From contig CAYFYE010000001.1 of the NCBI GenBank assembly GCA_964347285.1, positions 20,931 to 84,930 on the forward strand: DNA of 64,000 nucleotides, given 5' to 3'. This stretch comes from an uncultured Acidimicrobiia bacterium (GTDB lineage: Bacteria > Actinomycetota > Acidimicrobiia > Spongiisociales > JAOTWH01). Every line of letters starts with the position of its first letter. Within the stretch, counting starts at the first letter, position 1. The notes beneath the pieces are model-generated. The model worked only from the letters and a program-made list of their open reading frames with translations. It was not told the DNA's origin and ran no database searches. Both the position numbers and the translations under genes were made by a program. This document shows, piece by piece, positions 18,524-27,847 of the stretch.

Positions 18524-19336
18524 ATGTTCGCCATCGAGCGGGATGGTCACGTGGCTACGGTCTGGCTCGATCGAGCCGAGAAGCTCAACGCCATGGGGCC
18601 CGAGTTCTGGAGTGGCCTGCCCGCGGTCATGGACGATCTCGGTGACGACCCGGCAGTGCGGGCGGTGGTGGTGGCCGGCCGGGGCCGAGCCTTCAGTGTG
18701 GGGATCGACCTCTCCCACTATGGGCCTCTGCTGGCCGGCTCCACCGGGGAGAGGCCGGCGTCGCCGGTGGTCCGCAGGAGAGAGCTGCTGGGGTTCATCA
18801 AGGAGTTGCAGGGAGCGATCACGGCCGTGGCCGAATGTCCCAAACCGGTCATTGCGGCGGTGCACGGTTATTGCCTCGGCGGTGGGGTCGATCTGATCAC
18901 CGCCTGTGACATCCGCCTCGCCTCTGAGGATGCGACCTTTTCGGTGCGAGAGACTCGCCTGGCCATGGTCGCCGACGTGGGCACCCTGCAGCGGCTGCCC
19001 CGTATCGTCGATGCGGGCCGGGTCGCAGAGCTGGTGTTCACCGGCCGGGACATCACCGCCGCCGAAGCTCTCGAGATGGGTCTGGTGGGCCGCGTCTACC
19101 CGACCCCCGAGGCGCTGTGGAAGGAGGCGGCCGGACTGGCCGCCGCCATCGCCGCCAACTCGCCTCTGGCGGTGCAGGGCGCCAAGCAGGTACTGCGCGC
19201 GACCGCCGATCTCAGCGTCGACGAGGGCCTTGATTACGTGGCCGTGTGGAACGCGGCTTTTCTGGAATCGGCCGACCTGACCGAGGCCATACGAGCCCTG
19301 GCAGAGAAGCGGACCCCCCGTTTCCAGGCCGAGTGA
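18524..19336 (+). CDS. enoyl-CoA hydratase/isomerase family protein
   Basis: Crotonase fold; oxyanion-hole GRGRAFSVGIDL and AVHGYCLGGGVDL motifs. Confidence 0.82.
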   Translation: MFAIERDGHVATVWLDRAEKLNAMGPEFWSGLPAVMDDLGDDPAVRAVVVAGRGRAFSVGIDLSHYGPLLAGSTGERPASPVVRRRELLGFIKELQGAITAVAECPKPVIAAVHGYCLGGGVDLITACDIRLASEDATFSVRETRLAMVADVGTLQRLPRIVDAGRVAELVFTGRDITAAEALEMGLVGRVYPTPEALWKEAAGLAAAIAANSPLAVQGAKQVLRATADLSVDEGLDYVAVWNAAFLESADLTEAIRALAEKRTPRFQAE

Positions 19337-20242
19337 TCATCCCGCTTCCCGACGACTGCTGAGCCACGCTCCGGCTATCACGAGGACGATGCCGAGCAGG
19401 CTCAGCGGAGCCACCCGCTCATCGCGGAACACGACGCCGAGCACGACCGCCACGATCGGAATGAAGTAGATGGCCACCGCCCCCCGGGTGGCGCCGGCCC
19501 GGCCCACCAGGTTGGCCATGGCCACGAAGGCCAGCCCGGTGCTCAGCACCCCCAACGCTACGAGAGCGATGGCGCTCGAGGCCTGCCACTGTGACCCGGC
19601 CGCGCCGGCGATGCCGAACGGGAGGAGCATGACCAGCGACGCCAACTGGGCCCGAAACAGCACGGGCAATGAGCCGTAGCGTTGCTGGAGGGGCACGGCC
19701 AGATTCACCGCCAGGCCGTAGCAGAACGTGGCCACCAGGACCAGCACGATGCCGAGCAGGTCCGCCGAGGCGCCCTCGGTGCCGGGCAGGACCACCAGCA
19801 CCACCCCGGCAAAGCCGATGAGCAGGCCGATGGCCTGGAGATGGCGGGGCAGTCGGCTCAGCAGCACCGTCGCCACCAAGGCCGAGAAGAGCGGCATCGC
19901 ACCGTTGAGCATGCCGGCCAGTGACGAATCGATCCACTGCTGAGCGATCGGAAACAGCATCAACGGCAGGGCCATCCAGAAGACGCCGAGCACGATGATC
20001 CGCGGCCAGTCGTGACGATCGACCGGCATTCGCGACCGGGGAAAGAGGGCCAGCGCGACCGCTCCGAGCAGGATGCGACCCCAGGCGATGAGCCCGGGAT
20101 CGAACGCCTCCAGGCCCTCGGCGATGAAAACGAAGGAGGATCCCCAGATGAGCGCGGTCGCCGCCAGGAGTCCCCATTCGACCGGCCCGAACGCTTCGGG
20201 GCGGAGCCCGGCGGCGGTAGTGATCAGCCGACGTCGCTGCAT
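19337..20242 (-). CDS. EamA/DMT family transporter
   Basis: 301 aa, 10 TM, duplicated EamA halves. Confidence 0.75.
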   Translation of the reverse strand: MQRRRLITTAAGLRPEAFGPVEWGLLAATALIWGSSFVFIAEGLEAFDPGLIAWGRILLGAVALALFPRSRMPVDRHDWPRIIVLGVFWMALPLMLFPIAQQWIDSSLAGMLNGAMPLFSALVATVLLSRLPRHLQAIGLLIGFAGVVLVVLPGTEGASADLLGIVLVLVATFCYGLAVNLAVPLQQRYGSLPVLFRAQLASLVMLLPFGIAGAAGSQWQASSAIALVALGVLSTGLAFVAMANLVGRAGATRGAVAIYFIPIVAVVLGVVFRDERVAPLSLLGIVLVIAGAWLSSRREAG

Positions 20243-20285
20243 CGGGCGAGAGTAATCGGACGCATCACTACGCCCTCCACTGGAG

Positions 20286-21521
20286 TCATCCGTACGGATC
20301 CCGACCCGGCGGATGTTCTCGCCAGGCCTTGCGGACCACGCCGATCAGCGTCGTCGGTCCCAGCACTTCGGCGCCGATGGTGACGTCTGGGTCGGTCAGG
20401 TCGACGCGGGGCGCCCGGCCATGCCGGTGTTCTAGCGCCGCACCTATTGCAGCGCCTACCTCGCGCTCGATGTCGTGGGTGCCCCGTCGGTAGCCGTGGG
20501 GGCGGCGCTTGTAGAGGCGAACGGCGAAGGACTCATCGGCGCCGATACGGTCCTCCGCCACCTGTACCACAGCTTTCAGCAGCGCGTGCGGCTTGCTGGG
20601 CGCCTCGGACACGACGGCCGTCGCGCGCCCGATCGCGTCGACACAATCTCGGGTGACGCGGGCAGCCATCTCCTCGGCGTCGCCTGCGCCCTCCACGAGT
20701 ACGACGCCCCGGAAACCGGCGCCGGAGACGCGGGCGTGGGGGAGGGTCCGCTCGATCGCAACCTGTGCCCGTCGGAAACCCTCCAGGTTGCGGCAGGTGA
20801 CCACCAGCTTCTGCATGGGCGGCGCCCCGACTCCGTGGATCCCACGCAGGTTGGAGTAGAGCACCTCGCAGATCGCTCGGGTTCGGAACCGCCTGCCGTG
20901 CCTCTCCACGACGGTGAGGATCTGGGCCCCGCCCTCGAAGATGGGGGCGATGAGCAGGCCGGAACGGTCGAGCTGCGCCAGCAGCGGCGGGGGCACCCTT
21001 TCGCAGGCGGCGGTCAGGCAGATGCGGTCGTACGGCGCATACTGTCGGTATCCGAGTCCGCCATCTCCCTGGACGAGGACGACGTCTCGGTAGCCGGCCT
21101 TTTCCAGATTGGCGCGGGCGAAGGCCAGCGTCTCCGGGTCGATCTCCACCGCCACCACCCGACCGCGGATCCCGACGATCTCCCGGGCCAGAGCCGTGCC
21201 GTAGCCGGAGCCGAGTCCTATCTCCAAGAACCGATGCCCCTCGTCGAGTCCGAGGGGTTCGTAGAAGAGTGGATAGCTGTGGGGGCACGAGATAGTGGCA
21301 GTGGCACCGGGCAGCGGCAGCGGGACCTCCTGGTAGGCGTAATCGCGGTACGGGCGCGGAATGAAGTCCTCGCGCCGGACTCTCAGCAGCGCTTGCCGGA
21401 TGCGTCCGGAGCGCAGCAGGCCCCGGGCGACAAGGTCCTCCACCCTGCGTTGGCGCTCCCGTAGGAAGGCGGCTTCGCTTTTTCGGGGCTTCCGAGGCGG
21501 TGGGGTGCGCCAGCCACACAC
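20286..21521 (-). CDS. PCMT-like SAM methyltransferase fused to a C-terminal THUMP domain (predicted RNA methyltransferase)
   Basis: N-terminal 220 aa matches protein-L-isoaspartate O-methyltransferase (RREDFIP, LEIGLGSGYGTALAA, VVAVEID). C-terminal 180 aa matches ThiI-type ferredoxin-like plus THUMP (FAVRLYKRRPHGYRRGTHDIEREVGAAI...RVDLTDPDVTIGAEV). Confidence 0.7.
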   Translation of the reverse strand: MCGWRTPPPRKPRKSEAAFLRERQRRVEDLVARGLLRSGRIRQALLRVRREDFIPRPYRDYAYQEVPLPLPGATATISCPHSYPLFYEPLGLDEGHRFLEIGLGSGYGTALAREIVGIRGRVVAVEIDPETLAFARANLEKAGYRDVVLVQGDGGLGYRQYAPYDRICLTAACERVPPPLLAQLDRSGLLIAPIFEGGAQILTVVERHGRRFRTRAICEVLYSNLRGIHGVGAPPMQKLVVTCRNLEGFRRAQVAIERTLPHARVSGAGFRGVVLVEGAGDAEEMAARVTRDCVDAIGRATAVVSEAPSKPHALLKAVVQVAEDRIGADESFAVRLYKRRPHGYRRGTHDIEREVGAAIGAALEHRHGRAPRVDLTDPDVTIGAEVLGPTTLIGVVRKAWREHPPGRDPYG

Positions 21522-21601
21522 GGTGCCTCCCCGTTTGGGTCGATTCCACCGTATCGCCCGTTCGTTCTTCAGGAAACCGGCCCACCAGCCGAAGGGTTGA
21601 C

Positions 21602-22126
21602 ATGGATTGGCGCACCAAGGCAGGCTTGGTGGCCGGTGCCGCCGCCTGCCTGCTCATCGGGGCGTTCCCTTTCGTGTGGGGGAGAGAGGTGCCGTTGTTG
21701 GACGCGTTCGACCTCGGCATGCACGAACTCGGTCACCTGCTGGCGCGGCCCTTGGGTGCGTTCATCCACACGCTGGCCGGATCGGTGGTCCAGATCGCGG
21801 TGCCGCTCGGTCTGGCCGGCTACTTCCTGCTTCGTCGTCATGAGTTCGCGGGTGCCGGCCTGTGCCTGGCCTGGGCCGGCACCTCGGCCTACGACGTGGC
21901 GGTGTACGTCGCCGACGCTCCCTTCGAGCGCCTCCAGCTCATCGGCGGCTATCACGACTGGGCCTTCCTACTGGGACGGCTCGAGGCGCTCGGCGCCGCC
22001 GACATCATCGCCGGAGTGGTGCGGGGGGCGGGGCTGGTGGCGGTATTGGGCGGGGCCGCAGTCTGTCTCTATCCGCTGGTGCACGCCTGGGTACAGGCCG
22101 ACGGTCGGGAGGCGCGAGTCGCCTGA
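21602..22126 (+). CDS. hypothetical membrane protein with HExxH motif (putative zinc metalloprotease-like)
   Basis: Start MDWRTKAG (ATG 21602, GAAGGG upstream); MHELGHLLA motif; 4-5 TM; divergent from the PCMT-THUMP gene. Confidence 0.5.
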   Translation: MDWRTKAGLVAGAAACLLIGAFPFVWGREVPLLDAFDLGMHELGHLLARPLGAFIHTLAGSVVQIAVPLGLAGYFLLRRHEFAGAGLCLAWAGTSAYDVAVYVADAPFERLQLIGGYHDWAFLLGRLEALGAADIIAGVVRGAGLVAVLGGAAVCLYPLVHAWVQADGREARVA

Positions 22127-22129
22127 CCC

Positions 22130-23368
22130 CTAAGCGGTCTCCCCGGCGACTGCCACCGGGCGGTGCCAAAGCGGTGTGACCACCAGCACCACCGCCAGGA
22201 TGAGTACCAGCACGGAAGTCCCCACGTACAAGTCCACCAGCCCGACCGCTTCGCCGATCAGCCCTCCGACGGCGGCCCCCACGGGAATGCCCGCCCAGCT
22301 GAGGGTGCGTGAGGCCGCGATGACCCGTCCCATCAGGGCCGCCGGGGTCAGACGCTGGCGCAGCGTGCTCACCGAGATGTTGATCCAGCTCACCCCGACG
22401 AGAGCCACGCCGATGGGAAGGACTGCGATGAAGCTGGCGGACTGTGACACGGCCAGAAACCCTCCCGCCATGAGCACCAGGCCGACGACGAAGGTCCTCC
22501 CCAAACGGAGACGTCTGGCCACGGCCGGAGCCATGACCGCACCTGCGGCACCGATGAGGGCCTGGAGCGCATAGAGCCAGCCGACGCCGGCCTCGCTGAG
22601 CCCTAGTTGCTCCCGCCCGAAGAGTGCCAGGGTGATCTCGAGGGGAGCAAAGATCATGTTGGCGGCTGCCGCCCCGAGGGTCGCCCAGCGCAGTCGAGGT
22701 TCCTGCCACAGGAATCGCAGCCCTTCTGCCAGCTCCGCGCGAAACCGGCTCGGGGGGCGGGGAGGCCGGGGGGCGATGACTCGCACCACCGACACCATGA
22801 GCGCCGAGAACACGAATGTGCCGGCATTCACCCCGAAAGCCACTGCTGCTCCCAGGAACTGGATGAGCACCCCGCCGGCGGCCGCGCCGGCCGTCCAGGC
22901 CAGCGTCCGCACCAGCTGAAGGCGTGAGTTGGCGGTGACCAACAGTTCCTCGGTCAACGTCAGCGGCATGAAGGCCTGGAGCCCGGAGTCGAACAGTGAG
23001 CTCATGCTTCCAACGACGAAGGCGACCGCGAACACCATCACGGTGGTGGCCACGTCCAGCGCTGCCGCCAGGGCCAGCAGTGCGAAAGCGGTAGCCCGGG
23101 CCAGATCGGCGAAGATCAGTGAGCGGCGCAGCTCGCTGCGATCCAGGATCACGCCGGCGGCCAGGCCGAACAGGAGCAGCGGAAGGGTTTCCGATGCCGC
23201 CGTCAAGCCCAGGTCGAGTGCCGAGCCGGTGAGACGGACGATGAAGAGAGGAAGCGTGACGTAGGCGACGTAGTCGCCGAGAAGCGAGACCGCCTGGCCC
23301 AGGATCAGCGGCCGCATGTTGGCCCGAGCCCGGGCCCGGCGGCGCTGAAAGCCGTGATCCGGGAGCAT
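22130..23368 (-). CDS. MFS transporter
   Basis: 12 TM; start chosen at MLPDHGFQRRRARARANMRPLILG (alternative ATG 23317). Confidence 0.65.
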   Translation of the reverse strand: MLPDHGFQRRRARARANMRPLILGQAVSLLGDYVAYVTLPLFIVRLTGSALDLGLTAASETLPLLLFGLAAGVILDRSELRRSLIFADLARATAFALLALAAALDVATTVMVFAVAFVVGSMSSLFDSGLQAFMPLTLTEELLVTANSRLQLVRTLAWTAGAAAGGVLIQFLGAAVAFGVNAGTFVFSALMVSVVRVIAPRPPRPPSRFRAELAEGLRFLWQEPRLRWATLGAAAANMIFAPLEITLALFGREQLGLSEAGVGWLYALQALIGAAGAVMAPAVARRLRLGRTFVVGLVLMAGGFLAVSQSASFIAVLPIGVALVGVSWINISVSTLRQRLTPAALMGRVIAASRTLSWAGIPVGAAVGGLIGEAVGLVDLYVGTSVLVLILAVVLVVTPLWHRPVAVAGETA

Positions 23369-23457
23369 GGGGCGGCCATCGTACCCGGAGCCCCGGCCCG
23401 GCCCCGATCGAGTTACCCGGAGGGGCCGACCGGGCGTAGGCGGAGCCCCTCCATAGA

Positions 23458-24072
23458 ATGTCGTCGATGGCGACCCTTCCTCTGTTCCCACTGCAGCGGG
23501 TGCTGGTGCCCGGGGAGATGATGATGCTCCACGTCTTCGAGTCGCGATTCCGCACGATGATGGAAGATCTCGAAGACGATCGGTTCGGCATCGTGCTCAT
23601 ACGGGACGGGGACGAGACCAGGCCGGGAGCCGATTACCACGACGTGGGGACCCTGGCCCGGATCGTCGAACGCCGGGATCTCGCCGACGGGCGAATCTTG
23701 CTGGCGATGGTGGGGGAGCAGCGTTTCGCAGTCGTCGATCGCCTCCCCGAGGAGCCGTATCCGGCCGCCATGGTCCTCTTTCTGGGTGAAGGTGATTCCG
23801 AAGGCGACGCCGGCCTGGTGAGCGAGGTCCGGGCCGCCCTGCAGCGCTACATGGTCGTGTCGGCCGAAGCGGGCCAGGGGGGCGACGTCCACTTCGAGCT
23901 GTCCTCGGATCCCGTCACCGCTTCCTATCAGGTAGCCTCGGCGATGCGGCTGGTGAACCCAGAGCGTCAGGACCTCCTGGAGCTGCCGACGGCTCGATCC
24001 CGCCTGGAGCGGGAACGGGCCCTGTTGGGAAGGGAGGTCGACCTGTTGGAGAGGCTGATGCAGGAGTCGTGA
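23458..24072 (+). CDS. LON N-terminal (LON substrate-binding) domain protein
   Basis: LPLFPLQRVLVPGEMMMLHVFESRF... typical LON-N; no AAA or protease domain follows. Confidence 0.7.
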   Translation: MSSMATLPLFPLQRVLVPGEMMMLHVFESRFRTMMEDLEDDRFGIVLIRDGDETRPGADYHDVGTLARIVERRDLADGRILLAMVGEQRFAVVDRLPEEPYPAAMVLFLGEGDSEGDAGLVSEVRAALQRYMVVSAEAGQGGDVHFELSSDPVTASYQVASAMRLVNPERQDLLELPTARSRLERERALLGREVDLLERLMQES

Positions 24073-24374
24073 TGGCGGACGCAAAGGAACTACCCGAGCT
24101 CGTAACCGAGTTCGTGGGCATGTCGAAGGAGTATCTGCAGCAGGAGACGGTGGGGCGGGCGAAGGCGCTGGGGCGCTTCGCCGGGTTCTCGTTGGGAGCG
24201 GCTGTGGCCGGCGCGGTGGGAGCCCTTCTGCTGGCGGTGGCCGGGGTCCGTCTGATCATCGAGGTGATGCCCGGCGGGACCGACCATCGGATGTGGAGCG
24301 GCCTGGCCTACGTCGCCGCTTCCTTGGCACTGATGGCCGTGATGGGGATCATCGTCGGGCTGGGGTCGCGATGA
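24069..24374 (+). CDS. putative actinobacterial holin-X (holin superfamily III-like) membrane protein
   Basis: 101 aa; ELVTEFVGMSKEYLQQE then two TM helices; ATGA overlap with the LON-N gene. Confidence 0.62.
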   Translation: MMADAKELPELVTEFVGMSKEYLQQETVGRAKALGRFAGFSLGAAVAGAVGALLLAVAGVRLIIEVMPGGTDHRMWSGLAYVAASLALMAVMGIIVGLGSR

Positions 24375-24574
24375 CCATCGGACCCTCCGATCTCGAGGCC
24401 AAGCTCCGGGAGATCCAGCACGTCATCGACGAGACCAAGGGCTCGGCCCGCAACGCCGGGGTCATCGCAGCCGCGGCCGTCGTCGTGGTTCTGGTCCTGG
24501 TCTTCCTCCTGGGACGGCGCCGCGGCGCCAAAGCAACCCAGACCCGCATTCAGATCGTCGAGGTTCCCAAGTAG
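24371..24574 (+). CDS. small single-pass membrane protein (DUF3618-like)
   Basis: 67 aa MTIGPSDLEAKLREIQHVIDETKGS... plus TM; ATGA overlap with holin-X-like gene. Confidence 0.55.
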   Translation: MTIGPSDLEAKLREIQHVIDETKGSARNAGVIAAAAVVVVLVLVFLLGRRRGAKATQTRIQIVEVPK

Positions 24575-24593
24575 CCGCAGGCGCCGAGTACAC

Positions 24594-24788
24594 CTAGTCC
24601 TCGGGGAGCCGCACTGTGATCTCGTCGCCGGGCCGGAGTTCGGCCGAGTACAGGACGGTGGGCCCGCGCTTGGGTCGGCGCCGCATGAACCCGATGATCG
24701 TCGCGGCGAGGCCGGCGGCCACCAGGGCCGGGTTGCCACGCCGCAGGCCCCGGGTGAACCCGATGAGACCGATGCGGAAGAGGTCCAC
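24594..24788 (-). CDS. hypothetical small protein (64 aa)
   Basis: ORF only; amphipathic/TM-like; no homology recognised. Confidence 0.3.
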   Translation of the reverse strand: MDLFRIGLIGFTRGLRRGNPALVAAGLAATIIGFMRRRPKRGPTVLYSAELRPGDEITVRLPED

Positions 24789-24944
24789 GGGGCGAGGCTA
24801 GCCGGATGCGCCGACCTCCGTCCTAGAGTTGGAGCATGTTCCGCAATCGGGAGCGTCTGGCCCGGGTCATCGTTCTGATCGTGGTCGGGTCGATGATCCT
24901 GGCCTTCGCCCTGTCGTTCATACCCTCGGAGTGAAGAGACGGCG

Positions 24945-25730
24945 GTGAGCAAGCCGTTCCAGCCCGGGGAAGCCTGCCTGCTGGTCGACGCCAAAGGCCG
25001 CCAGTACCTGATCCAACTGGAGGAGGCCGGGGAGTTCCACTATCACGCCGGCTTCCTGGCCCACCGCGACATTCTGGGCAAGCCGGAGGGAACAACCTTG
25101 CGATCCTCGAGCGAGGCCCGGCTGACTGCGTTCCGGCCCAGGCTGGCCGACTACATCCGGCGGATGCGGCGGGGGGCCCAGGTCGTGTATCCCAAGGACA
25201 TCGGTCCGATTCTGGTGTGGGCCGACATCGCCCCCGGGACGACCGTCGTCGAGGCCGGGACGGGGTCGGGGGCGCTGACGATGGCGTTGGTCCGCGCGGT
25301 GGGGCCCGCGGGGCGGGTCATCAGCCTCGAGTTACGGCCCGACCACGCCGAGCACGCCCGGGCGGTGATCTCCGGCTTCTTCGGGGGCATTCCCGACAAC
25401 TTGGAGTTGCGCATCGGAGACGTTTCTCCGGCTGTGGTCGAGGCCGAACCCGATCGAATCATCCTCGACATTCCCGACCCGTGGGAGGTGGTGCCGGCGG
25501 CGGTGGCGGGATTGGTACCCGGCGGGGTCTTCTGTGCCTACCTGCCGACCGTGCCCCAGATCCAACAACTGCGCGAAGCGTTACGGGCCGCCGAGGTGTT
25601 CATCGAGCTGTCGTCGTTCGAAGTCCTGCACCGGGAGTGGGTGGCCGAGGGACGCTCGGTCCGCCCCGAGCATCGGATGGTGGGACACACCGGGTTCATC
25701 ACCACGGCGCGCAGACTCACGGCTCTATGA
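24945..25730 (+). CDS. trmI: tRNA (adenine58-N1)-methyltransferase TrmI
   Basis: GTG start; SAM motif VVEAGTGSGALTMALVRAVGP; GCD14-like. Confidence 0.8.
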   Translation: MSKPFQPGEACLLVDAKGRQYLIQLEEAGEFHYHAGFLAHRDILGKPEGTTLRSSSEARLTAFRPRLADYIRRMRRGAQVVYPKDIGPILVWADIAPGTTVVEAGTGSGALTMALVRAVGPAGRVISLELRPDHAEHARAVISGFFGGIPDNLELRIGDVSPAVVEAEPDRIILDIPDPWEVVPAAVAGLVPGGVFCAYLPTVPQIQQLREALRAAEVFIELSSFEVLHREWVAEGRSVRPEHRMVGHTGFITTARRLTAL

Positions 25731-25962
25731 AGATGCACTCTCCGGGGCATTCTTCGGCCGACTCGATCGTCAGCTCTTCCTGGCCGGCCGGGACCTGAGC
25801 CAGTCCCTCCGCCCCCTGAGGGTTGCCCTCGGCCTCGGCGAAAATCGTGTCTCCCTCTCGCACGTAGGCCAGCCCGTCATCGAGTAGCACGAAGACGTCC
25901 GGGGCAATCTCCTCGCACAGGCCATCGCCGGTGCACAGGTCCTGGTCGATCCAGACTTTCAT
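25717..25962 (-). CDS. ferredoxin
   Basis: Start MKVWIDQDLCTGDGLCEEIAPDVF...EECPGECIFIE; actinobacterial Fdx type; convergent 14-nt overlap with trmI. Confidence 0.7.
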   Translation of the reverse strand: MKVWIDQDLCTGDGLCEEIAPDVFVLLDDGLAYVREGDTIFAEAEGNPQGAEGLAQVPAGQEELTIESAEECPGECIFIEP

Positions 25963-26039
25963 GGCAGGTCCTTCGCTGCAGAGCCAGCGGCGGATTGTAC
26001 CCACCAGGGAGTGGTGAACAAGCTCGGATCGGAAACGAG

Positions 26040-26101
26040 GGAATCAGCGCGAGCGTTCATATAATGCGAAGGTCCTCCATCATTGTTCCCGATAGATAAT
26101 C
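26040..26101 (+). promoter_or_regulatory. AT-rich putative promoter region upstream of arc
   Basis: cgttcaTATAATgcgaagg... is the most AT-rich stretch in a 70% GC window, immediately 5' of arc. Confidence 0.25.
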
Positions 26102-27835
26102 ATGGACGATCGACAGCCACGCGATCGAGATAGACAGGCGGCCGAGCTGCGAAAGACGATTCGCATGCTCGAAGAGGAAGTCGCCATCCTGCGGCGCCGC
26201 CTCCAGGACGCTCCTCGGCGCGTCCGGGTGCTCGAAGAGCGGCTCTCGGAGAGCAGAGACCGCCTCGCTCAAGCGGCCACCCAGAACGAGAAGCTCGAAG
26301 CGGTACTCGAGGAAACCAGAGAACAGCTCGGGGTCCTCCGGGAAGAGGTGGAGAAGCTCACCGCGCCGCCCAACCCCTTCGGTGTCGTGCTGGGCATCAA
26401 CGAGGACGGCACCGTCGACATCTCCACCCAGGGTCGAAAGCTGCGAGTAAACGTCGAGCCGACCATCGAGATCAAGGCGCTGGAGCGCGGCCAAGAGGTG
26501 CTCCTCAACGAGGCCTACAACATCATCGACGTGCGTCACTTCGATCCCAACGGAGAAGTGGTACGCATCCGTGAGATCCTCTCCGACGGGCGGCTGGTCA
26601 TTCTGGGACGAGGCGACGAGGAGCGCGTCGTGGAGATTGCTGCCCCCATGGAGGAGCAGTTCATCCGGGTGGGCGACTACGTCCGCATGGACTCCCGTAC
26701 CGGCCTCGTCCACGAACGTCTGGTGCGTCCCGAGGTCGAAGAGCTGGTGCTGGAGGAGGTTCCCGACATCACCTACTCCGCCATCGGCGGACTCGAGAAC
26801 CAGATCGAAACCATCCGCGATGCGATCGAGCTGCCCTACCTGCACAAGGAACGGTTCGAGGAGTACGGCCTGGCTGCCCCCAAGGGCGTGCTGCTGTACG
26901 GGCCGCCTGGATGCGGCAAGACCCTGATCGCCAAGGCGGTGGCCAACAGCCTGGCCAAGGCGGTGGCCGAAAAGACCGGTCAGGACGACGCCCACTCGTA
27001 CTTCCTCAACATCAAAGGCCCGGAGCTGCTCAACAAATACGTCGGCGAGACCGAGAAGCAGATCCGGCTGATCTTCCAGCGGGCCAAGGAGAAGTCCGAC
27101 GAGGGTTTCCCGGTCATCGTGTTCTTCGACGAGATGGACTCGCTCTTCCGGACTCGCGGCAGCGGCATCTCGTCCGATGTCGAGTCCACGATCGTTCCCC
27201 AGCTCCTGTCCGAGTTGGATGGTGTCGAGGCGCTCAAGAATGTCATCGTGATCGGTGCCTCGAACCGCGAGGATCTGATCGACCCGGCGATCCTGAGACC
27301 GGGCCGCCTCGACGTGAAGATCAAGATCGAGCGCCCCGGCGAGCGGGCCGCCGGGAAGATATTTCGGATCTATCTCGGCGACGATCTCCCCTACGACCCC
27401 GAAGAGCTGGAGAGGAACGGCACCCCCGGCGCAACGGCCGACGCCATGGTGAGCGCAGCCGTGGAGCAGATGTACTCCACCCAGGACATCAACCGTTTCC
27501 TCGAGGTCACGTACGCCAACGGCGACAAGGAGGTCCTGTACTTCAAGGACTTCGCCTCCGGCGCGATGATCGAGAACATCGTCCGGCGCGCCAAGAAGGA
27601 GGCCATCAAGAGGGAGATCGCCGACGGGCGAAAGGGCATCCGGACCCGTGACCTCATCGATTCGATAAGCCAGGAGTTCCGCGAGCACGAGGACTTGCCC
27701 AACACCACCAACCCCGACGACTGGGCCCGGATCTCGGGCAAAAAGGGTGAGCGCATCGTGTACGTTCGTACGCTCATCGAGGGGGACGGCGAGAGTCGGA
27801 GCATCGAGGCCATCACCACTGGCCAGTACCTCTAG
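26102..27835 (+). CDS. arc: proteasome-associated AAA ATPase ARC/Mpa
   Basis: N-terminal coiled coil, OB domains, Walker A GPPGCGKT, Walker B FFDEMD, C-terminal GQYL docking motif. Confidence 0.92.
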   Translation: MDDRQPRDRDRQAAELRKTIRMLEEEVAILRRRLQDAPRRVRVLEERLSESRDRLAQAATQNEKLEAVLEETREQLGVLREEVEKLTAPPNPFGVVLGINEDGTVDISTQGRKLRVNVEPTIEIKALERGQEVLLNEAYNIIDVRHFDPNGEVVRIREILSDGRLVILGRGDEERVVEIAAPMEEQFIRVGDYVRMDSRTGLVHERLVRPEVEELVLEEVPDITYSAIGGLENQIETIRDAIELPYLHKERFEEYGLAAPKGVLLYGPPGCGKTLIAKAVANSLAKAVAEKTGQDDAHSYFLNIKGPELLNKYVGETEKQIRLIFQRAKEKSDEGFPVIVFFDEMDSLFRTRGSGISSDVESTIVPQLLSELDGVEALKNVIVIGASNREDLIDPAILRPGRLDVKIKIERPGERAAGKIFRIYLGDDLPYDPEELERNGTPGATADAMVSAAVEQMYSTQDINRFLEVTYANGDKEVLYFKDFASGAMIENIVRRAKKEAIKREIADGRKGIRTRDLIDSISQEFREHEDLPNTTNPDDWARISGKKGERIVYVRTLIEGDGESRSIEAITTGQYL

Positions 27836-27847
27836 GCGCAGTCGGCC

